Assembly: GCA_022072225.1 (NCBI GenBank)
Contig: JAJVIC010000015.1
Location: 49,762 to 113,761 of the forward strand
Source of the DNA: Bacteroidia bacterium
GTDB taxonomy: Bacteria; Bacteroidota; Bacteroidia; SXHM01
Length of the DNA: 64,000 bases
Direction of reading: 5' to 3'
In this document: positions 45,226 to 52,166 of the stretch, in pieces
Numbering within the stretch: position 1 is the stretch's first letter
How the letters are laid out: the number at the start of each line of letters is the position of its first letter
The notes under the pieces: model-generated
Databases searched by the model: none
Seen by the model: the letters and a program-made list of their open reading frames with translations, nothing else
Told to the model about the DNA's origin: nothing
Translations under genes and position numbers: made by a program

Positions 45226-48200
45226 TGGAATACAATCATAAAGAAATAGAAGAACGCTGGCAAAAATTCTGGGCGGATACAAAAACATTTACTGCAAAAA
45301 ACAATTCTGATTCTCCAAAATATTATGTGCTTGATATGTTTCCGTATCCTTCGGGAGCAGGCTTGCACGTAGGGCATCCGCTGGGCTACATTGCTTCTGA
45401 TATTTATTCCCGATACAAGCGTGCGCAAGGATTTAATGTGCTGCACCCGATGGGTTATGATTCATTTGGCTTGCCTGCCGAGCAATATGCAATTCAAACA
45501 GGACAGCATCCTGCGGTTACCACCGAACAGAATATAAAACGCTACCGCGAACAATTAGACAAACTTGGTTTTTCGTTTGACTGGGACAGGCAGGTGAAAA
45601 CTTCTGACCCCAGCTATTACAAATGGACTCAATGGATATTTCTCCAACTTTTTAATTCATGGTATAATCCTGAAACGGATAAAGCGGAACCAATCGATTC
45701 ATTGATTAAAAAATTTGAATCGGAAAGAAGCGACTGGAAAACCTTATCTGAAAAAGAAAAGAGCGATGTGCTGATGGATTATCGCATTGCTTATTTGGGC
45801 GAAGCCTTTGTGAACTGGTGTCCTGCTTTGGGAACAGTACTGGCAAATGATGAAGTGAAAGACGGTGTTTCAGAACGTGGCGGTTATCCTGTAGAGCGCA
45901 AGCTGATGAAGCAATGGAGCATGCGCATTACTGCTTATGCCGAAAGATTGTTGACCGGTTTGGATTCTATTGACTGGAGTGAATCAATTAAAGAAGCACA
46001 ACGAAATTGGATCGGAAAATCTGAAGGGTGCAGTATACGATTCAAAATCCGTCACCCTGAACTTGTTTCAGGGTCTGATAATGAGATGCTGAAACAAGTT
46101 CAGCATGACGATACTACTATTGAGGTTTTTACGACAAGACCGGATACATTATTTGGAATCACATTTTTAACACTTGCTCCCGAACACGAGTTAGTTTCTA
46201 AAATTACAACCGAAGAAAATAAACAGCAAGTTGAAGCCTATTTAAACTACGCTAAAAACCGCAGTGAACGCGACCGTCAGGCTGATGTAAAAAAAATAAC
46301 AGGACAGTTCACGGGTGCTTATGCAATTCATCCTTTTACCGGAAAACAAATACCGATTTGGGTGGGTGATTATGTGTTGGCGGGTTATGGAACAGGTGCT
46401 GTGATGGCGGTTCCGGGTGGCGACCAGCGCGACTGGAATTTTGCAAAGCATTTTGGCTTACCCATTATTCCGGTGATTGAAGGCAGCGACATTGAAAAAG
46501 AAGCCAACGAAAGCAAGGAAGGAAAAATGATCAATTCAGATTTTCTGAATGGCTTGCAGGTGAAAGAGGCTATCAAAAAAATAATTGCGGAAATTGAAAA
46601 GCGCGGACTCGGAAAAGGTAAAATAAATTACCGTTTGCGCGATGCTGCTTTTGGTCGTCAGCGCTATTGGGGCGAACCGATTCCTATTTATTACAAAGAC
46701 GGAATTCCGTTTGCTGTTGATGAAAAAGATTTACCGATAGTACTCCCCGAAGTAGATAAATTTTTACCCACTGAAGATGGCGAGCCACCATTGGCGCGTG
46801 CAAAAGATTGGACTTACACGCCTCATCCTCAACCCTTCTCCAAAGGAGAAGGGAGCAGAGAGCCACAAACATCTGGGGCGGTTAGCGACTCCCTCTCCTT
46901 CGGAGAGGGCCGGGGTGAGGCTAAAGAGGCTTATCCGCTTGAAACTACCACTATGCCCGGTTGGGCAGGCAGCTCCTGGTATTATCTGCGCTACATGGAC
47001 CCGCACAACGAAAAAGAATTTGTTTCCAAAGCAGCAGCTGATTACTGGAAAGATGTTGACTTTTATTTAGGCGGTTCTGAACACGCCACAGGGCATTTAT
47101 TGTATGTGCGTTTCTGGACAAAGTTTTTGAAAGACCGGGGATTTATTTCTATTGAAGAGCCTGCAAAGAAATTGGTTAATCAGGGAATGATACAGGGAGT
47201 TTCAGAATTTGCATGGGTTACCGTAAGTAAAGAAGTATTAGGCAAATTATTGAGTGTTGTTAATATTTCATCAGACTTTATTGAACAATATGAAGGGCCA
47301 GCTTACTTGAGCGCTGATTTAGTAGGTGAAGTTTATAAAATTGCTATGAAAGACCCTGAAGTAAATACAAAATACTCCTTTTTAAAACAAGTAAATAATT
47401 CAACCTTTCCAATTCAAGCAAGGAAACAAGATAGAAATGATGTAAATGATTTAGTTGCTCTTGATTTAAATGTAGTATTTAATGTTTGGCCCGATAGAAA
47501 AGAAGCTGTATTTATTAGTCAAGGATGTGCATTAATAAAAAATAGGTTAATTGACTTTGAAAATGGGAAATCAAAAGATTTCTTTTCTAGAGGAACTATT
47601 GACAAAATGTCAAAATCAAAACATAATGTTGTAAATCCTGATGAGTTGGTTGAAAAATTCGGAGCAGATACTTTGCGCATGTATGAAATGTTCCTTGGCC
47701 CGCTGGAGCAAAGCAAGCCCTGGAATACCAATGGGATTACAGGAGTTTCAGGCTTTCTGAAAAAATTCTGGAAACTGTATCTGAATACTTCGGAAGAAAA
47801 AGCAAGTGCAGCCGAACTGAAAATACTTCACAACACTATCAAAAAAATCACAGATGATATTGAGAAGTTATCGTTCAATACTTCTGTCAGCACATTTATG
47901 ATCTGTGTGAATGAACTCACCGATTTAAAATGCAACAAACGTGAAATCCTTGAACCACTCGTGATTTTGATAGCACCGTTTGCTCCTCACATTGCAGAAG
48001 AGCTTTGGAAGAACTTCGGAAATAATGAAAGTGTAACGTTTGCGAAATGGCCCGAATACAAAGAGGAATACACGGTTGAGAATTCGTTCAGCTATCCTGT
48101 TTCGTTCAATGGCAAAACCCGTTTCTTCCACGAACTGGATGTGGCACTTTCAAAAGAAGATGTAGAGAAGGAAGTGATGGCGCTGGAGCAAACACAAAAA

Positions 48201-48269
48201 TACCTGGAAGGCAAACAACCTAAAAAGGTGATTGTGGTGCCTAAGAAGATTGTAAACATAGTGGTGTGA
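45225..48269 (+). CDS. leuS: Leucine--tRNA ligase
   Basis: Contains the HIGH region ([13 protein letters not shown]), KMSKS (DKMSKSKHN), the CP1 editing domain ([11 protein letters not shown]) and [15 protein letters not shown]. At 1014 aa it includes several insertions. Its ATG overlaps the upstream stop codon (TAATG). Confidence 0.95.
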   Translation: MEYNHKEIEERWQKFWADTKTFTAKNNSDSPKYYVLDMFPYPSGAGLHVGHPLGYIASDIYSRYKRAQGFNVLHPMGYDSFGLPAEQYAIQTGQHPAVTTEQNIKRYREQLDKLGFSFDWDRQVKTSDPSYYKWTQWIFLQLFNSWYNPETDKAEPIDSLIKKFESERSDWKTLSEKEKSDVLMDYRIAYLGEAFVNWCPALGTVLANDEVKDGVSERGGYPVERKLMKQWSMRITAYAERLLTGLDSIDWSESIKEAQRNWIGKSEGCSIRFKIRHPELVSGSDNEMLKQVQHDDTTIEVFTTRPDTLFGITFLTLAPEHELVSKITTEENKQQVEAYLNYAKNRSERDRQADVKKITGQFTGAYAIHPFTGKQIPIWVGDYVLAGYGTGAVMAVPGGDQRDWNFAKHFGLPIIPVIEGSDIEKEANESKEGKMINSDFLNGLQVKEAIKKIIAEIEKRGLGKGKINYRLRDAAFGRQRYWGEPIPIYYKDGIPFAVDEKDLPIVLPEVDKFLPTEDGEPPLARAKDWTYTPHPQPFSKGEGSREPQTSGAVSDSLSFGEGRGEAKEAYPLETTTMPGWAGSSWYYLRYMDPHNEKEFVSKAAADYWKDVDFYLGGSEHATGHLLYVRFWTKFLKDRGFISIEEPAKKLVNQGMIQGVSEFAWVTVSKEVLGKLLSVVNISSDFIEQYEGPAYLSADLVGEVYKIAMKDPEVNTKYSFLKQVNNSTFPIQARKQDRNDVNDLVALDLNVVFNVWPDRKEAVFISQGCALIKNRLIDFENGKSKDFFSRGTIDKMSKSKHNVVNPDELVEKFGADTLRMYEMFLGPLEQSKPWNTNGITGVSGFLKKFWKLYLNTSEEKASAAELKILHNTIKKITDDIEKLSFNTSVSTFMICVNELTDLKCNKREILEPLVILIAPFAPHIAEELWKNFGNNESVTFAKWPEYKEEYTVENSFSYPVSFNGKTRFFHELDVALSKEDVEKEVMALEQTQKYLEGKQPKKVIVVPKKIVNIVV
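46051..46109. repeat. Family A palindromic element (GTCACCCTGAACTTGTTTCAGGGTCT ... GATGCTGAAACAAGTTCAGCATGAC) in frame inside leuS
   Basis: It has a perfect 15-bp inverted repeat, CTGAACTTGTTTCAG / CTGAAACAAGTTCAG. It encodes [20 protein letters not shown] second copy is at 59828-59887. Confidence 0.8.
46821..46920. repeat. Two family B hairpin elements in inverted orientation (about 100 bp) in frame inside leuS
   Basis: The left copy is CCTCATCCTCAACCCTTCTCCAAAGGAGAAGGGAG. The right copy is CTCCCTCTCCTTCGGAGAGGGCCGGGGTGAGG. Together they encode [33 protein letters not shown]. Confidence 0.7.
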
Positions 48270-48272
48270 AGG

Positions 48273-48343
48273 AAGGTATAGGATATAGAGGTATAAGGAA
48301 ATAGGGAAAACTTTATACCTCTATACCTTTATATCCTTATACC
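48273..48343. terminator. Long imperfect palindrome between the convergent leuS and membrane-protein genes; probable bidirectional terminator
   Basis: ATAGAGGTATAAGG - AAATAGGGAAAA - CTTTATACCTCTAT, with further outer pairing (GGTATAGGAT / ATCCTTATACC). Confidence 0.45.
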
Positions 48344-48948
48344 CAAAATAAAATTCCTGCCATCAACGCAGTGCCCACCAAAAAACCTGAATACACCTGT
48401 GCGGGTGTATGTGCAAATAATTTCAGCCGCGCATAACCGACAAAACCGGCAAGCAAAATTACCAGATAAATAGGCAGGATAAAATCTGCACCTAAACGTA
48501 CAGAGAGTGCAAACAGGCTACCGATAACACCGCCAACCGCAATCATGTGGATACTAATTTTCCACACAAGGGTGATGAAAAAGCAAATGACAATGGACAG
48601 AATAGTGCCCAATAACAATACATACACTATTTCGGGCAGCAGTAGTTTGCGCAACAAATAATACAAGGCAAAATAAAGAATGATGGAAACAAGGAAAGGA
48701 ATTTTGCGCTCTGATGCTTCGGGCATTTCAAGGCTCGAAATTATTCCGCGTTTTATAAGCCATAAAAAAATCATGGTGGGTAACACCACCGTAAATGCGA
48801 TGAAGAGAAAATAAATGAATGTCTTCATCTCGTCTGCAATACTGAATGCAATAAATGTATTACTGTTAAATACAATTAGCAGAGTTAACAGCGGCATCAT
48901 CAACGGCTGAAAAATGATGGATATTATTTTAGCGAATTTCTCTTCCAT
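48337..48948 (-). CDS. Integral membrane protein, possibly PAP2-superfamily-like
   Basis: It has six predicted TM segments. KISIHM and AHTPAQVYSG loosely resemble PAP2 C2/C3 motifs. This is a weak call. Confidence 0.5.
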   Translation of the reverse strand: MEEKFAKIISIIFQPLMMPLLTLLIVFNSNTFIAFSIADEMKTFIYFLFIAFTVVLPTMIFLWLIKRGIISSLEMPEASERKIPFLVSIILYFALYYLLRKLLLPEIVYVLLLGTILSIVICFFITLVWKISIHMIAVGGVIGSLFALSVRLGADFILPIYLVILLAGFVGYARLKLFAHTPAQVYSGFLVGTALMAGILFWV

Positions 48949-49770
48949 TTATTTTAATTCAAAATCATCGGCATCCATAGCAGCAGGAAATTTATCACGA
49001 TAGTCCTGCAAAAATTTCCGGGAAAGTGTAATGGTTTCGTGCGTGTTCTCATTTGGTTTAATGCTGCTTAGTTTTTCTCCAAGCGGATTGTAAACTGCGC
49101 TGTCGCCCGAATAATCCACATCGTGTCCGTCACCACCAATGCGGTTTACAGCAACAACATAGCTTTGATTTTCTACTGCACGCGCAGGAATCAACATGTT
49201 CCATGCCAGGCTTCTTCGTGCAGGCCAGTTGGCAACATACAGAAGCAAATCATATTCCAGAGAATTGTGTTCAACTTCTGACTTTTCACTTTTGATTTTT
49301 GACTTTACTTTATTTCTGCTCCACACCGGGAAACGCAAATCGTAACAAATCAAGGGACAGATTTTCCAGCCTTTTAAAGTTGTAATCAATTTTTTATCTC
49401 CGGCTGTAAAATGGTTTTGTTCGTTTGCCATTCGAAAAAGATGACGTTTGTTGTAGGTTTCAAAACTTCCGTCAGGCTGCATCCAGATTAAGCGGTTATA
49501 GTTCTTACCGTTTTCTTTAATCATCAGACTTCCTGTGATGACACAGTTTTTTTCTTTCGCTTTTTCTTTCAGCCAGATTATTGATTTTCCCTGCATGGTT
49601 TCGGCTACTGCAGTATTCATAGTAAACCCGGTGCTGAACATTTCAGGGAGAACTATCAAATCTGTTTGTTCTTTAACAGCGTTCAATAACTCATCGAACA
49701 TGGAGATATTCTTCTCCACACTTTCCCAGTGAAGTTGTGTTTGAACGAGTGTTATTTTTAAGTCTTCCAT
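48949..49770 (-). CDS. Carbon-nitrogen hydrolase (nitrilase superfamily), YafV-like omega-amidase
   Basis: Contains LPEMFSTGF (catalytic Glu), KRHLF (Lys) and ICYDLRFPVWSRN (Cys). Confidence 0.85.
   Translation of the reverse strand: MEDLKITLVQTQLHWESVEKNISMFDELLNAVKEQTDLIVLPEMFSTGFTMNTAVAETMQGKSIIWLKEKAKEKNCVITGSLMIKENGKNYNRLIWMQPDGSFETYNKRHLFRMANEQNHFTAGDKKLITTLKGWKICPLICYDLRFPVWSRNKVKSKIKSEKSEVEHNSLEYDLLLYVANWPARRSLAWNMLIPARAVENQSYVVAVNRIGGDGHDVDYSGDSAVYNPLGEKLSSIKPNENTHETITLSRKFLQDYRDKFPAAMDADDFELK
49275..49308. repeat. Family E short tandem element in frame inside the amidase gene (encodes KVKSKIKSEKSE)
   Basis: The minus strand reads TAAAGTCAAAAATCAAAAGTGAAAAGTCAGAAG. The element sits between the conserved FPVWSRN and YDLLLYVANWP blocks. 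Confidence 0.5.
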
Positions 49771-49777
49771 TTATATT

Positions 49778-50188
49778 TTATTCATTTGGTAATGATGCAT
49801 ATAATTCATTAACCAATGTCTTTTGTCCCTCTTTAAATATATTGATGCAATTAAAGTTTATCAAAATACCCTTTGGCTTCTTTAACATCTGCATATATGA
49901 CAATAATACTGCATCATGTATCGGATGAAAATCATCTGTAGATTTTAATTCAACACATAATATATCTTCAACCAAAATATCTAATCTTAGTTCGGTATCT
50001 AATTCTAATCCTTTGTATTCAATCGGAACCCATAATTGCTGTTTGTAATTTATTCCCTGCAAGGCTAATTCTCTGACAAAACATTTTTCATAAACACTTT
50101 CCAATAAACCTGGACCAAGTTGCTTATGAACTTCAATAGCACAACCGATTACTTTATATGTCAGGTTGTCTAAATATTTCTTTGTCAT
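49778..50188 (-). CDS. GxxExxY-family protein (PD-(D/E)XK-like small protein)
   Basis: GPGLLESVYEKC contains the GxxExxY motif, followed by RLDILVEDILCVELK. The protein is about 136 aa from the internal Met. The upstream 48 codons of ORF 49778..50332 cover the palindrome. The DNA is AT-rich. Confidence 0.8.
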   Translation of the reverse strand: MTKKYLDNLTYKVIGCAIEVHKQLGPGLLESVYEKCFVRELALQGINYKQQLWVPIEYKGLELDTELRLDILVEDILCVELKSTDDFHPIHDAVLLSYMQMLKKPKGILINFNCINIFKEGQKTLVNELYASLPNE

Positions 50189-50208
50189 CTCTATCTTCAA
50201 TTTTTTTA

Positions 50209-50288
50209 CCACATAGACACATAGGAAACATAGTGTTTTCACATAGAATCTATGTGCTTTTCTTATGTGCCCTATGTGTCTATGTGGT
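50209..50288. repeat. Nested ~80-bp palindrome (ACCACATAGACACATAGG ... CACATAGAATCTATGTG ... CCCTATGTGTCTATGTGGT) upstream of the GxxExxY gene
   Basis: The outer arms are reverse complements and the central 17-mer is itself palindromic. Confidence 0.75.
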
Positions 50289-50300
50289 TCAATGCAATTT

Positions 50301-51455
50301 TTAAATCTTACAAAGCTTCTCCGCTGCTGCACTCAACACCTCTTCGCTTTTAGCAAAACAAAACCGTATGTATTTATTATCCACTCCCTCGTGATAAAAA
50401 ACAGAGATGGGAATAGATGCCACTTTATTTTGTTTGGTAATACGTACCGCAAAGTCGGTATCCTTTTCTCTTGAAATGCTATCATATTTCACTAACTGAA
50501 AATACGTTCCTGCAGAAGGCACAAAACTGAAACGCGAATTTTTTATCAATGAATTAAAGTAGTCCCGTTTCTGCTGATAAAATGTGGGAAGACTTAAATA
50601 GTTATTTTCTTCTTTCAGAAAATCTGCCAACGCCATTTGTATCGGTGTGTTGCAACTGAAAACAATGTATTGGTGCGCCTTGCGGTATTCACTCATTAAA
50701 TTTTCAGGACCTACCACATAACCCATTTTCCAGCCGGTGTTGTGAAAGGTTTTGCCGAATGAAAACACGGCCAGACTCCGCTCGGCAAGTTTCGGAAACC
50801 TGCATACACTCTGGTGTTGCTGTCCGTCAAAAATTATATGCTCATATACCTCGTCACTTAAAATAATGATGTCGGTACCGTTGGTCAGTTTTTCCAATTC
50901 CTGCATATCGGCTGCGCTTAACACACTGCCCGTTGGATTATGCGGTGTATTAATGATAATCATTTTTGTGCGCGGAGAAACTAATTTTCGAACCTCGCTC
51001 CAGTCGATATGAAAATCGGGTTGTTTCAACTGAATGTAAACGGGAACACCTCCGTTCAGTTCAATGGAAGGGGTGTAACTGTCGTAGGCAGGCTCAAACA
51101 CAATCACTTCATCGCCTGCGCGAATCAAAGCAGCAACAGCGGTGTAGATTGCAAGTGTTGCTCCGGCTGTTATGGTTACTTCGGTACCCGGATTGTAGGT
51201 TGTTGAATAGAGTTTTTCAATTTTTCCGGCAATGGATTCGCGCAGACCGATAAACCCGGGCATGGGTGCATACTGATTAAAACCTTTCTTCATGTAGTGC
51301 TGCACCTTGTCAAATAAATCCTGCGAACTGCTGTAATCCGGAAAGCCCTGCGAAAGGTTGGTTGCACCAACTTCGGCAGCCAGTTTTGACATTACCGTAA
51401 AAATGGTAGTTCCTGTTTTGGGCAGTCGTGATTGTATTTCTCCGGGAAATTGCAT
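50301..51455 (-). CDS. PLP-dependent aminotransferase, YbdL-like methionine/glutamine aminotransferase
   Basis: LSQGFPDY, NPHNPTG-like INTPHNPTG and SFGKTFHNTGWKMGY (PLP lysine) are present. Confidence 0.85.
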   Translation of the reverse strand: MQFPGEIQSRLPKTGTTIFTVMSKLAAEVGATNLSQGFPDYSSSQDLFDKVQHYMKKGFNQYAPMPGFIGLRESIAGKIEKLYSTTYNPGTEVTITAGATLAIYTAVAALIRAGDEVIVFEPAYDSYTPSIELNGGVPVYIQLKQPDFHIDWSEVRKLVSPRTKMIIINTPHNPTGSVLSAADMQELEKLTNGTDIIILSDEVYEHIIFDGQQHQSVCRFPKLAERSLAVFSFGKTFHNTGWKMGYVVGPENLMSEYRKAHQYIVFSCNTPIQMALADFLKEENNYLSLPTFYQQKRDYFNSLIKNSRFSFVPSAGTYFQLVKYDSISREKDTDFAVRITKQNKVASIPISVFYHEGVDNKYIRFCFAKSEEVLSAAAEKLCKI

Positions 51456-51473
51456 CGGTGGTTTTGTTTTGAA

Positions 51474-52166
51474 CTATGCTTTGGTTTTATACAACCTCCA
51501 CCAGGGAACAGCAGGATTATCGTGATGCTCGTAGTGGTAGCCGAAAAAATAACAACTTACAAACGCCCAAAGGTGATTTTTCTTTTGCGTACCACTTTTG
51601 TGAATGTTGTGGTGTATTCCGCTGTGGGGTTGAAAGGTTCCGAAATAAAACAACTGAACAGTACTAAGGCTCATGGGCAGTACATAAAACAGGAGCAGGT
51701 TTGCAACATCAACTTTTAATACCCACAAAAGGAAGTTGAAAAAAACAGCAGTAAACAAAAACTGTTTCCAGCCGATGTAGTGACTGATGAAGGAAATAAA
51801 CCAGGGAATAAATTTCCGGCTTGCGTGAAAATCCGGGTCATGGTCTTCGCCATTGTACTCATGATGTGCAAGATGATTTTTATACATCACATCATACGAG
51901 TTGAAGGCAAATAGCGATGCACACACAACGCCAATCAGGTGGTTTATTTTTTTGCTGGCCGGATATAACGCATCGTGTATGGCATCGTGGGCGGTAATAA
52001 AAACTCCGGTAAAAAGATGCGTAAGCATCAGTACCAGCGGAATGGACCAGAACCCCAAAACAGCAAGCGGTTGCGAAAGCGCGAAAATAAACGCAGCCAG
52101 CCAAAGCAACAGAATGCTAATACCAATCAGAAGCCCTTTGTTTCCGATTTCTTCTCTGGTAATCAT
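51474..52166 (-). CDS. Fatty-acid-desaturase-family membrane di-iron enzyme, CrtW-like (beta-carotene ketolase-like)
   Basis: Three His boxes are present: HDAIHD, HLAHHEY and HYEHHD. The protein is about 230 aa with 4 TM segments. Confidence 0.7.
   Translation of the reverse strand: MITREEIGNKGLLIGISILLLWLAAFIFALSQPLAVLGFWSIPLVLMLTHLFTGVFITAHDAIHDALYPASKKINHLIGVVCASLFAFNSYDVMYKNHLAHHEYNGEDHDPDFHASRKFIPWFISFISHYIGWKQFLFTAVFFNFLLWVLKVDVANLLLFYVLPMSLSTVQLFYFGTFQPHSGIHHNIHKSGTQKKNHLWAFVSCYFFGYHYEHHDNPAVPWWRLYKTKA

Noticed and set aside
47210-47620. Possible intein or mobile insertion in leuS.
   Set aside because: There are no intein splice-junction signatures (N-terminal Cys/Ser block, C-terminal HN plus Cys/Ser/Thr). 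Part of the region aligns with the normal Bacteroidota LeuRS insert.
50189-50332. The N-terminal 48 codons of ORF 49778..50332 (MQQRRSFVRFKNCIEPHRHIGHIRKAHRFYVKTLCFLCVYVV...).
   Set aside because: This is the translation of the CATAG-rich palindrome and it overlaps the aminotransferase's 3' end. The GxxExxY family starts at the internal Met (50188).
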